From positions 248,001-312,000 of the forward strand of contig JAYWIR010000043.1 of the NCBI GenBank assembly GCA_036172245.1: a stretch of DNA of 64,000 nucleotides, in the 5' to 3' direction. A model generated the notes under the pieces. That model was not told the origin of the DNA. It saw only the letters and a program-made list of their open reading frames with translations, and did no database searches. Positions within the stretch are counted from its first letter, which is position 1; each line of letters starts with the position of its first letter. Below, piece by piece: positions 53,180 through 64,000 of this stretch. Source of the DNA: Raillietiella orientalis (taxonomy: Eukaryota). The position numbers and the translations under genes were made by a program.

Positions 53180-54710
53180 TCATCCGGCACGCGCTTCCAC
53201 AGAGGGAAATCTTGCTCCCTCCCACTTCTTTAGGAAGAAGAGACGCGTTCTTTTGGAGGCTCTCTGTGCGACGCTCTTCCCGAGTTTCCAGCCCTTCCTT
53301 CCGGAGGGCTGCGGCCAACCGGGTTGGAGGCTCCTCAGATGTTCCTCACTGTGCTCCTTCTGTAGATCTACCTCTCCAGCCCCACCGAAGCCAAGGCTCT
53401 CCCTTCTTCTCGCGCAGGTACCCCCTTCCTTCCCGGAAGGAACGCGTGTTCCCGCCACCATCGCGACCCTTAGCAGCTGCCGCGCGTGCGTTCCCCATCT
53501 AATAGGGTTGGCAGCGTGCCACTCACCAAAGTGCCGCCTTACTGGATGCCAGGACGCCCGAATATCCCGGAATTGATCCACGAGTTCCCGGGTCACAGGA
53601 GGAGAACATGCTCTGATAGCTTTCCCTCTTCCCCTTTCCCGGATTAGATCGCCATCTGGAAGTCTTCGGATCCTAATTCCAGGGATTCCGTGACCACTAA
53701 GAGAGGGAGGATAGGGAGCCATCCGTCTTGGTGGCTGCAGGAGGCTGAAATAGAGCAGGCTGTATAGTCGTGGTCGTAGTACCCTGCCGAAGAGCGAGGG
53801 AGAGCGTGGGTGCGAGTGCGACCCGGGGCGTCCTCTCTGGGAAGGAGCCCTCGCTTGCGGCCTCTCCCTTCTTGCCACCTTCCCCCTTACCTGTCTTCTC
53901 ATCTCACTTTTCGAGAGACAGCGCTCTCAGAAGGGACGTCTACATGCCCTGCCTCGGCGACCGGGAAGAGGAGGGAAGAGGGAAGCCCGAAGAACCGGAT
54001 GTGGCGACGATCTCGGGGACAAGGGAGAGGGAGCTGCAGAGGCGTTCGGAAAGGGGGAGCTGGAGGGGATCCTCTCAACCGTTGACCCGCATTGGTGGCC
54101 ATGTGGCTGCTGCAGTCTCCACGCGTGGCACCACCAAGCGTCACGGGTTCGAATACTCCGAAATCAATCGACCACCCGTGCATCGTGGGTTTCGAGTTCC
54201 TCTCGCGAGATGACGCTGGTGGCCTGCATTCATTCAGGTGCGACACTGGTAGCAGTTGAAACAGGATGCCCCCGATGAAGGCCCGAACAATGGGAGTCGA
54301 CCTTCGGGTCCTACCAGGAATCAAGCAGTGGATTGACCCTTCCTGATGGGAAGGAAGGGGCCCCCATTCCGGAGGGCCCCTCCGCGTCGTGCTGATGGAG
54401 TCGGTGTGTCGCCATCTCTCCAGAAAGTATACAAAGAAGCGAGCCGATCCCTTCGGGGAAGCGACGCCCTTCTGTATCTCGGAAGCATCCCTCTGAGAAT
54501 TCCTTCAGAGTAGTAAACAGGAGCGGTTCCCTTGCGGGTTTCCTGCGAAGAAGAAAAATGGAACAGTGGGATTAAGGAAGAGGAGATTCCCTTCGGGGCT
54601 TTGCCGTCGCTCCCCTTTGGAGAAAACCAGGGTGGAGGTGATCTCCATTTCCTGGGATCCCTTCCCATGCACGAGAGGAACAGACTCCGAGCCCTTCCTG
54701 GATTCATAAA
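53180..54710 (-). pseudogene. Decayed GC-rich PLS-class PPR fragment(s)
   Basis: ESLELGSEDFQMAI*SG (~53640-53690; cf. SLELG.Q+H..A+KSG). VNPLLDSW (~54315-54340). Confidence 0.5.
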
Positions 54711-54749
54711 GCAGTTTCCAACCTGAGTACCCCCTATTTCCCCTATTTC

Positions 54750-56500
54750 TTACTTCCCGGGGTACCCCTTCGGCGGAAGATTGTCAGGAAGGGTGAGGCC
54801 TCTCCTGACGATCTTCGCCGAGGGAAGGCTGGCGCGCCACGAAAAAAGAGGTCTTTCTTCCGAGTTAATTACGGAACGGCTAGGAAAGAGAGGGAAGAGG
54901 AAAAGAGCCACATCCACATGAGCGAGGGAGAACGCTGAAGGCAGCTTCTCGACCGAGACACTCAAAGAGACGCCCTTCCTCCCTTTCTCGATCGCCAGCA
55001 GAACGTGCATTCTCCGCGGAGTCACCTCAGAAGCCACTGGCTCCGTGGGCTGCTGAGCTTCATCCCCTCACAATGCTTCTTCCCTTGGAAACCTGGCGTG
55101 GGTCTTCCCAAGATGATGAGCCTGGCCTCCCCACGTGCGTTCGCAAGGCACCCGTGGTTCTTTGAGACGAACCTTCTACCCCTCGAAGAGCAGGGAGCAG
55201 CACGACTATCTCTTCCCTTCCCCCTCCTGCCTTCGCTTCCTGCAGTCATCCAACGCGGTGCCGGGCACGCGACTACGGATCAAGGGCTCCCCCTCCAGAA
55301 TGCCCGACAGCAAGTCTGTCGCTTGGCAACCCGCCCGAACAGGTGTGGCATTGCTGCGGGTGAATGCTCCCCTCTGTCCTCCCACCCGCTTGCTCCTCTG
55401 CACTCTCTACCACACGGGTCCTTCCTCCTTCTCTGCTCCTCGCCCTCTCCCGGAGGGTACCGGAGACCTCACGGCCTCAGCGGCGGGGTCTGCTCTCTGC
55501 TCATAGCAACGTTCTCCTCTATTCCGGTGACCGACAGTCTCGCCGTTTCCCGAGCCCGCCGAACCAATATCCGCTCCTGACTGCGGTCCCGGATGCGAGC
55601 CCGCTCCATCAGACCACTCTCCGTCCGACATCACGGGATCTCCCGGGTTCGTCTCCCCGAAATCTGTTTTGTAGAAGGGCTCACCATGCCTCCGGACCAG
55701 TCCTGCCATCTTAGGGCACGGGTTGCTACCCGTCCACTTGTGCAGCCGCATAGGGGCCTCTCTTTTGCCAGAGGTGCGAGCCACTGCAAAGGAGAGGTCT
55801 CTTTTCCCGAAGGGGTGGCTGTTTCGCAATTCTGGGTGGATCTTTTAGGTGTATGATGGCACTCGGCAATGCGGCCACCATCTCCGGTACATACTTCGGC
55901 ATCCCAAGCGGAACGCAGGCTTCTCGTCCGCAGGCGAAAGCCTTCTCTTAAACAGTGAGGAGTTCCGTTGAGCCGTCAGCTTCAAGACCGCGAAAGCTGG
56001 GAGGATCCTCCAGCATCGGAGCATCTTCCACTTCCCTCGGACATGGGCCAAAAGAGGAACAGGAGGAGCGAAGAAAGGAAGGGATCTGACAGGGTAGTTT
56101 GAGAGGTTTCAGGAGGAAGGAGAGAAATGAGGCTTTGTAGAGCCGTTATCTGAGTGGAGGTACAACTTCTCGGACACTCTTGAGGGCACCCGCTTTGTCC
56201 GCTTCCAGCGTTCAACTGTCCCCAGAAGAAGAAGTCTCCAGTCCTCTTGTCCCCTAGCGGGGCGGCTGGAGACCAAGGATTCCTGCTTCTGTTCCACCTC
56301 CCGTGGCACGTTCCCTCTTGGTTTCCTTCATCCATCCCAGCAGCAAGACAAACAGAAGCGGCTGCCACGATGCTTCTGGTTTTCGCCCCTAGGGTTCCTG
56401 GGATGCTTCCAACAGGATGGAGGAACGTTTCCTTGCTCCTTATGAGGCAAACGAGGGAAGAACAGAGGCTCTCTTCTCCCGCAAGGAACGTGACCGAAGG
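54750..56500 (-). pseudogene. Decayed GC-rich PLS-class PPR fragment(s)
   Basis: SGLMERARIRDRSQERILV (~55560-55618; cf. G.+E.AR.+FD.M.ER++V), GCLANARGEARLII (ORF 55022) and SAWDAEV. Confidence 0.5.
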
Positions 56501-58600
56501 CAAAATCCCTCTCGCTCATGGAGCTCCGGGGGAAAAACAGGGAGAAACCCCGCCACACTTTCGTTTCTCTTCATTCTTCTTTCCTCGCGGAGAGACGAGA
56601 TGCAGATGGACTCAACAGAGAAAAAACTTTCTCCGCGGACAGAATGGACTCCCGAAAAATCTTTCATTTGGAATGGTGTTCATCCAACTCTACCATCCAC
56701 CATCCCCAACTACTATGGGCAGCAAGCTGCGAGGTGGTGGAAGAGGGGCTTCTTGCTCTTCCGAAAGAGGAAGGAGCGGGCTCTTTTTCCGAGAAAGATT
56801 ACATAACTTGAGTGATCAGTCGAGTCATAGGTCAAGCAGGATAATTCACCGAGGCAAAGGACTGGATGCCGAATTGAAAGCAGAGGAATAGAAAGGTGGA
56901 ATGCAAAGTCGTGTTCGCGGATCAGAGTTGAACGCATATGGCTAACGCGAACGGATGCTGGAAGGGGGGCTGCGGGCCTCCAGACCAAGCCGCTTCGGTT
57001 GCACCCTCTCAAAAGGGCCTCTTTGGAGTCGAGGCACAGGCGTGTCAGAAGTTCTGGAAGCATAGATTGAAGGATGCTGGCTCTCTGAGTGAACAGCGAT
57101 CTTGTCCGTGAGATCTTCATCAGGAGGTGGTGGTTGCTCTTGCTGCTTTCCGGCCAGACCAGAGAGGAGCCGCGCCCGGGCTCCTCCCTCTTCACCACAG
57201 TCGGGTTGTGAAGTAACCTTCCTTCGCACTCGGGAGAAGGGACCCGTACCTTTCTCACCACTGGAGTTGGGAGACGCTTCCAGGGACAATCCCTCAAGTC
57301 CCTCTGCTGCACTTCCTTGCCGGAGCACCGGGAAATCAGAATGATCTCTCGGATGCCCTTCGTGAGGGAACAGTTTAGAAGAGCGCTCTTGCTTAGGCGA
57401 AGATCGCCGGGAAGCAACAGCATTCGTTGGCATTTGCAAAACCTCAGTCCCGCGATGATGGCGCCATCCCGCCTTGGGAAAATGGGGGGCAAGAATGGCA
57501 GGTAAAGGAAGAGGAGTGGTATGGCAGAGAGGGATGGGCAATGTAGCAAGAAGATGCAGCCATCCGGGAACGAGGAGGGAAAGGGGAAAAGAAAACGATG
57601 GAGGAAGCTGGAAAGGAGGTGAGCAGGAAGAAAGCAAAGAAGAGAAAGGGCCAACTGGACTGACAGGAGAAGGAGGAGAAGGAGAGATGTCAAGAAAACG
57701 GCCTTTATCTTCCGAGAATTCCTTTTCCATCATCTTCCCCTCGTCTTTCCGTCTGCTGGCGACTGAGCAGCGCATCATCAGCGCTGACTTTCCGTGATCC
57801 GTCGAGTTCATAAGGTTTCTTGACTATTCGTTGCCTTCTCGAAAGCTCTCTGGTGGCCGTTCGGTCCTCTGCTTCCTGTAAATTGGCGCCCTTGATTCGT
57901 TTTTCCTTGACCGAGAGGTAGCCAACGTTTGGAAAATGAAAAAGCTGCCTGGAGCTCTCGGATGTTGCCCTTCGAGGGCCTGTTCCCATCCCACTTAAGA
58001 GGGCTGGAGAGACACCCTTCTCCTCTCCTCGTGGCTTCCACCTGGGTCTTCCTCAAGTCTTTCCGGCCGTCCTCATGAATCGCCATCCACCACCAAAGTG
58101 CTCGTCTCTGCACGGACCATCTGTCGCGTCTCTTTCCCTCCGCAGACAGCAAACGCGCGAAGGCAGGAACAAGGGAGGAAGAGAGGAGGTGGTGGGACCG
58201 TGACCTGGGACTCTGCGTTGTCCCTCCAATGGCTTCCGGCGCTGTTCGTTTGCACTCCTGCGAGGAGCTGCGCTGATACCTTCCTTCCCGTTCCTTTCAC
58301 TGATCCATGGCCCCCTTCCTTCCCGTGAGGAACACGAGTTTAGAGTTCCCTTGATCCGAAAGGGCGCCCCTCCCCCTCCCAGAGCGTTCACGATGGTCGC
58401 CTTGCAGGATGGGCGCAGAAGCGGCAGTATGGTTGCCTCCCTCCCGCGACGTCGGGAGACATGCGCGGACGCGGTGGTCCACGAGAGGAGGACGAGGGCA
58501 GGACTGCGACCCGGAAGCGAGTGCGGTCTCTCTCCCCACCTGCTCCACCTGTAGGTCTCTTCAATTCCCGGTGCCGACAGTGGTGCTGATGCACCCACTT
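56500..58600 (-). pseudogene. Possible decayed PPR fragment(s) within purine-skewed GC-rich DNA
   Basis: SALLNCSLTKG and ALLRGCNRSG (ORF 56713), RQLFHFPNV (ORF 57705), PNERFFGS and YAFNS. Weak. Confidence 0.3.
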
Positions 58601-59560
58601 CGATGCTCGTAGTAGTAGTTCTTGCAGTAGTAGCGACGTTGCAGTGACGGTGGAAAAGTTGCAATGATTGGTACTCACCGTAGTAATCACTGCAATTGTA
58701 ATTCTTATAGCCTTTTCATGTTATTGTCTTACGTTGTTGCATTCATCCTATGCTGTTGTTTTATGTTATTGTGACCATTTTACGCCTTCGTTTCATGCTG
58801 TCAAGCCATTTCATGTTATTGAAGCCATTTTATTTGTTATTGTGTTGGGTGTGGCCACGGCGACTCACGTGGGGATGGAAGCACTTCCGGAAATAAAGGG
58901 TGCAGTGGCAATCGTAATGATTATGGCATTCAAAACAGCAATGGTGATAGCTGTGAAATAGTAAGAATAATGGCAGCAGTTACACAAGCAGAATCATTAA
59001 TACTGATTTTAGTAAGCCTCAGTGAAGTATCAAAGTGTAATAAGGACTCAGTGAAGGCAAGTGGTGTAGGTAATAGTAGTAATATTGCTATAACATTCGC
59101 ATTATTCCTCAAACAGCGCTAAAAAGAGTAACTGTTGATAGCAGTAAGATCATTGTAATGGAATCATTGAGGATATAATTTGCAGCAATATTGAGAGCGA
59201 CTGCAAGATGAAAATAATTATGTAAATGCTAAGAATGGTGGAGACAATAATATCAATAGGAATGATGGTACAGTACCAGTAAAACAGTACTGCTTACGGT
59301 AGTAATGGTAGTAATTCTTCTAATTATAAAAAAAACGTTTATCTTAGATAATTTAGTAACGGTGATGATACTACTAATGATGATCTTATGGATACTAGTG
59401 ATGATGATAGCAGCAGCAATGTCAATATATTTTGTAGTTTCGGTGGTAACAATAGCAAGCGTCGCAGCTGCAGCAATAAAATTAGCAGCATGGGTATACT
59501 GATTGCGTAAATAATAATCGTAGTAATGCAAAGAAAATTATTAATAATTCACTCGATTAA
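58600..59560. repeat. AT-rich low-complexity block (degenerate GTA/ATA/GAT/GCA triplet repeats)
   Basis: Abrupt switch from GC-rich flanks to gtagtagtagtt, gtaatagtagtaata, gatgatagcagcagcaat-type sequence. Confidence 0.8.
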
Positions 59561-59599
59561 AAATTTCGTCGACCTCCACGAGCGATTGCCATTGATTAT

Positions 59600-61110
59600 G
59601 GAAGGGGGGAGTCAAATGGGGGTCCGCAACAATCTCTGGCACATAGAGGTAGACATCTGCGAGTTGCTAGCGGAGGCACCCTCTGTACCATCATGGAGAT
59701 GGAGGAGCCGCCCTAAGAAGGGTTTCGCCCAGAAATCAGAGAGGAGCAGATCCGGAGACTGCGCCTTGGTTCCCCTCCTGTGCCTGCTTGCCAAGTGGTG
59801 TCTTCCAGAGGAGGTGCACCTTCCTCGCTCCCGGTCTGCCGCCATCTTCTCGCCGAGCGGGAGCCAGGGAAACGCTCCATTGCGTTCGCACCAGGGGAAC
59901 CGCTGCTTTCCGAGAGGAGTAGATTCGGTGACGTGGCAGCCACGTTTCAGCCAAAGACCCTGACCCGTTCGCGTCAGCAGCGCGCGCCCGCTGACTTGCG
60001 GAGTACCGCGTGCAGCCTGCCTGCTCGTGACCACGTGAAGGGAGATCTGCCTGGAGGGGCGACCCCAGAATTATCAGACCCATCCACCTGACCTCAGGTG
60101 GCGCCTCCGAAAGACCGCGTGAGGAATTCCACCTTTCGGGCGTGTGAGCTGCATTCTCTTTGCTGCTAACGCGGCCGCGGATGCTGGAGCGTCTTCGCCC
60201 GTGGGTGACTGCGCGTCCCGTGACGCCCGTGTCTCATTGCTCCTCATCGAGCTCTGCCATCCAGCTGGCACGATCACAAGGTGCGGAGAGGAAAGAATCA
60301 AAGAGCAGGCAGTGGCACGCGTGCTGAAGGGGCTGGATGGCTGAGCTCGGAAGGGAAGCACGCGCATTCAGATGGGTTGCGGAGGAGGCTATAAGAAATC
60401 TTGCAAACAAGTCGACGGTGCCATACTGGAAGCCAGGATGAACACAGCTTCTTCCTCTATTCTGCAGTTTGATTCCCCCCCTCCTAGAAAAGGCTCTTGG
60501 AGAAACACAAGGCGGGAGCAACGGAGGATTTGGTAGCATGCTGCTGAAAGCAATCGCTCCAACAGGAAGCATGCGAGACCCTGGACCTTCCAGCGATCTT
60601 CGTTCATCGCCTGCTTCTAATCTTCGCAAGGTTCCCTTCTGGCAATTTCCGTTTCTTGTTTGACACTGATTAGCTGTTTATGGGGTTCGGGATCAACGCT
60701 CTTCAGGTGACTAAGAAGCTTAGGGAAGAGGACTTCGGAAGGGAAGATGTAACATACGTTCGAAGACAAAAGCTGTGGTATTTTGCAGCCACCCACCGGC
60801 TTCAGTGTATCTCCGTAAAAGCGAAGTCCGGGAGAGAGTTTGTTCCTCCACGAAGCGCTGGTAGATAATAGCGGAGACGGACACTCTCCTGCGCTCATGA
60901 GAGCGATCATTCTTTGAGGAAAAAGCAGTTCTGGACTAAATGTCACGTGATCTAGATGTGCTCTGGAAATGCCCTGGGTGCTGTGGAGATGACTGCAGAA
61001 GGCCATCAACTAGGAAGAGCACGTCATCGCTTCTGTGCGACGCGCTGCTTATGGAATGAGGCTGAGATTAACTTCTGGCATTTGAACATCGTGATGGATA
61101 CATCTGGACT
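59600..61110 (+). pseudogene. Decayed PLS-class PPR fragment(s)
   Basis: PSVPSW..KKGFAQK..DCALVPLL..EEVH and GVDSVTW (ORF 59526). SRFGDVAA (ORF 59780). EDVTYV (ORF 60680). GNALGAVEMTAEGHQLGRARHRFCATRCLWN (ORF 60956). Confidence 0.6.
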
Positions 61111-62400
61111 GATCAATCTGACTCACAAAGAAAAAGATCCTTGAGAGCTTCTAGGTCATAAGAGCCCTTGGGATCGATACTCTTTACGTCCTCGCCATGC
61201 CTCCTGTGAAGCTTCGCAGTCCTGGAAGAACCTCCACAGTTTTCCGTGAAGGGAAAAACTACGAGAAGGTTACTCGAAGTTCTCAAGTAAATTGTCTCAC
61301 CAGCTTGATCCCATGAGAGATCTCTCAAAGATACAAAAAATGGCAGCAGAGCTGTGTAGAGCCAGTAGGATGTTGTAGTCCTTCCAGAAGGAAATGAAAA
61401 AAAACTGCAACAGGCAAACCTACGGCATCGAATCGAGGCATTCCTGAAGGAACAAAACCTCGGTCGATGTTGTCTGCAAAAGGTTCATGTGCGAAGAGCT
61501 ATAAAGGTTTCACGAAGGCGTTATTTAGGTCTTGTTTGTTGTCTTATCGTTCTTCAGAGTTGTTTGCATTATCCAGACTAAATCCTGTAGCGCCAATCAA
61601 GGGAAGCTAATTTAGAAAAGCTGGAAGAACAGAGATGAAAAAAGAAAATATCGATTTCCTCCGTACTGAGATGAAAGACTGAAGGGCCGTCCGACATTCT
61701 TCTGCTTGATAAACATTTGTTCCAGAGAGCTTGGAAGATAAGTTTCCATGAGCCATGGTTCTGTGAGACAACCAGTAACCACCTTACTGTTGCAATTACT
61801 TGAGATCACTGAGAATGTGTCGCATTGGTTAGATGCTATTTAGATCGCTATTTTTCTTGAAATCTCAAGCTGCCTTACTGATAAATATGCATAAATCGAT
61901 CTTTCTCTGCTTCACTGAAAGCATGGCAGAATTCCCTGCAGCTATGGCTACCTTTGGTATGCCTAGCTGGAGGAGAATCATCACCCTAGGTGCATTCTAC
62001 CCATTCGAAAGCGTGACGTCTAATAAGCAACTTGCAGAAGAGAAAACAGAGTATTGCAAAGCTGTTCTTTTCTCCTTTGGTAGCCGGGATACGGACCTCT
62101 CTTCGGGTCCCATTTGCAGGCTCTCCGAGGTCATGGAACCCCCAAAATAAATGCTTTGCTGAGAAATCTGCGCATTCCTAAGGTACATACAATGCTTATG
62201 TTGACGGTCTCGACCACCATGCAGCACAGACGAGATATTTGCTGAAAGTACCGGTCGGGACATCTTCCAGAAGTGTTGATGCTGCTCCCAGAACTTTCAG
62301 AAAAAGCGGGCACAGATCTGGAGCATGGACGTTATCTGCGAACGGCTAATGTTTAATTTAAACAAAACAATGAGATGGCAGACTGAAGAGATTACGGAGA
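61111..62400 (-). pseudogene. Possible decayed PPR fragment(s)
   Basis: RHGEDVKSID (ORF 61113) and DRGFVPS (~61445-61468). Weak. Confidence 0.3.
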
Positions 62401-62649
62401 TTAGTTAGCAAGGAGTACCCACTTATGAGCACATTTGCCTGAACGCCCTTGAGAAATGCATGTTGCCCTTCAAAGCCAGCTTGTCCCGCTTAATCAAAGA
62501 GAAGGCATTCCTTCCCATGTTTTTCCTTTTAATGTTGCCATTAACGTCGAGTTGCGGCAACTGTCCTCTTCCCTCTTGCTGGCCCAACCAAGAATAAGAA
62601 GCAGATAAGAAGTCACTGAAAACCGTACACTGCTCGCATCTTATTGCAA

Positions 62650-63830
62650 GCCCCTATTCGTTATCGTAGGACCGATTAACAAATTGCCGATCTTTGTGTG
62701 AGCACTATCTTGGAGGAGTGGAGGTTATCGTTGGCGATCATTCTGTAGTTCGTACTGATTGACAGAGTGCTTAGGATCTTAATCTCCCTTCTCCAAGATC
62801 CGACCCTATTCGTGGAATTCGTTGCTCTCAGGAATCGTGGTTTTCGAGAACCACGATGCCACTTTGTGAGAAGAATCCTTTCCTCTCTGGGAGTCGTCTT
62901 CACGAGCTCATAGAAAGTGTAAAATTTGGACGCCCCTGGCGTATGCTTTCCGCTGGCACGACCGGTTTCTGGAGGTTCCTTATCTGCTTTTTATTCTTGG
63001 CTGAACCAGCAAGAGGGAAAAGGACAGTTGCCTTGCAAAACCCAACCCAAAAAAAAAAAAAGAGCACACGAGACTGATTCCTTGGAGAAAATTTCCCCAT
63101 AGGATAGCGATTTTTTGCATGCCTGCTCGAAAGATTTCCTCCTACGAATTGGCTGCTTGACACGGTGAGCATCTTCTCGTATGCATTCCAGACAAGGTAA
63201 CAGAGCGGAAGGAGAACAAAGGTTGAGGCCCTGCCAACCCTGCAGTCGAAATTTCCGCTGCATTTCTTCGTCTGTTCCCGAAAGCTCGAAACACTCTGCA
63301 GCTAGATGCGCGTTGACTGAATCACCTGGATGCAAGCAAGTCGTTGCTAGCCAGGCATGTGTGATGCATAGTTCTGAGACTCGAAGCCTCCATGCCCAAT
63401 GATCACATGAGCTAACGCTCTCGCTGTCAGGAGGAGATTTCGAACAAAACGAGACTCGACGAGTGCCGGACCACTTATTTGGAATAAGTAAATGAATACG
63501 TTCAAAAATGTCAGACCTTATCTCACGTGAAACCATGGAGGTCATGTTCGGCGATGCTTGGAGGAGGGCGGTATGAAGAGTAGGGGGGATAAGAAGGCAT
63601 TTGTTAGTGGCATCGGTCTCCTCATTCGTCTTTCAATTGCTTGATTACCTGTTTTCAAAGCAGTCAGCAGAAGAAAAACGTCCGTATCGTTTTTCTGTGT
63701 AAGGGGAGACAATGGAACTTTCCAGGAGTTGGAAAACAAAGATTTCCAAACAGCTGAAGATCGGAAAACGAAGAAGAAAAGAATAAATTCACCGAGATGT
63801 TGAAATTCCACAGCATTTTCCAAGGGCAAA
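62650..63830 (-). pseudogene. Decayed PLS-class PPR fragment(s)
   Basis: SAVWKSL, DTDVFLLLTAL and LTNAFLS (ORF 63542). DIFERI, EEMQRK and REDAHRV (ORF 62991). Confidence 0.45.
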
Positions 63831-64000
63831 GTTTTACGTCTTTTTTATCTCAGAATGGTGTGATCAATGAATAATGAATGATCGACATTGAATCGGAGCT
63901 GCTAGGTTCATCTCGGCTCTAAAAAAAAATTCCCACTAGGAGAGCAAAACCCTTTCTTCTTTTGGCCTTTATTCTTCGGTTTCCGCAACAGCCTATATCA

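Noticed and set aside
54321..54707. Ty3/gypsy RNase H-like string (APVYYSEGILRGMLPRY)
   Set aside because: There are no flanking RT or integrase motifs and no LTRs, so it is probably a chance match.
56713..57811. Longest ORFs (326 aa and 289 aa, minus strand) as real genes
   Set aside because: They overlap in two frames and lie in GC-rich, purine-skewed DNA that is naturally poor in stops. The products are low-complexity with no coherent domain.
58668..59531. Hydrophobic membrane-protein-like ORFs
   Set aside because: The Val/Ile/Thr-rich translations are an artefact of the degenerate triplet low-complexity DNA.
59600..60700. ARM-repeat gene relic (AEEAIRNLA, LIPPLL)
   Set aside because: PPR strings (DSVTW, SRFGDVAA, GFAQK, GNAL...ARHRF...LWN) explain the region better and match the rest of the window.
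5873..63061. Homopolymer runs as retrocopy poly(A) tails (T13 5873-5885, A14 8528-8541, T13 19066-19078, A16 29432-29447, A13 63049-63061)
   Set aside because: They are not consistently at the 3' end or on the sense strand of the relics, and I saw no target-site duplications.
1..64000. Alternative genetic code (TAA/TAG = Gln or TGA = Trp) explaining the lack of ORFs
   Set aside because: All three stop types interrupt frames, and motifs jump between frames, so readthrough does not restore proteins.

Overview
Eukaryotic DNA, most likely land-plant nuclear. I found no intact protein-coding gene, no tRNA or rRNA, no CRISPR array and no recognisable transposon coding domain. Read in six frames through stops and frameshifts, most of the 64 kb resolves into about 40 heavily decayed pentatricopeptide-repeat (PPR) gene fragments, each roughly 0.4-2 kb. 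They include PLS-class relics (some with E or possibly DYW-like ends) and P-class relics, on both strands, often abutting with almost no spacer. Their GC content varies from block to block, and a ~1 kb AT-rich low-complexity block at 58.6-59.55 kb is the main non-PPR segment. The main finding is this dense, mixed-class PPR fragment array. It does not look like an ordinary tandem gene cluster and could be a small-RNA source locus, but that is inference. All PPR calls are by-eye motif matches against the known PPR consensus. Boundaries are approximate (a few hundred bp), and individual weak calls may be wrong even if the overall pattern holds.
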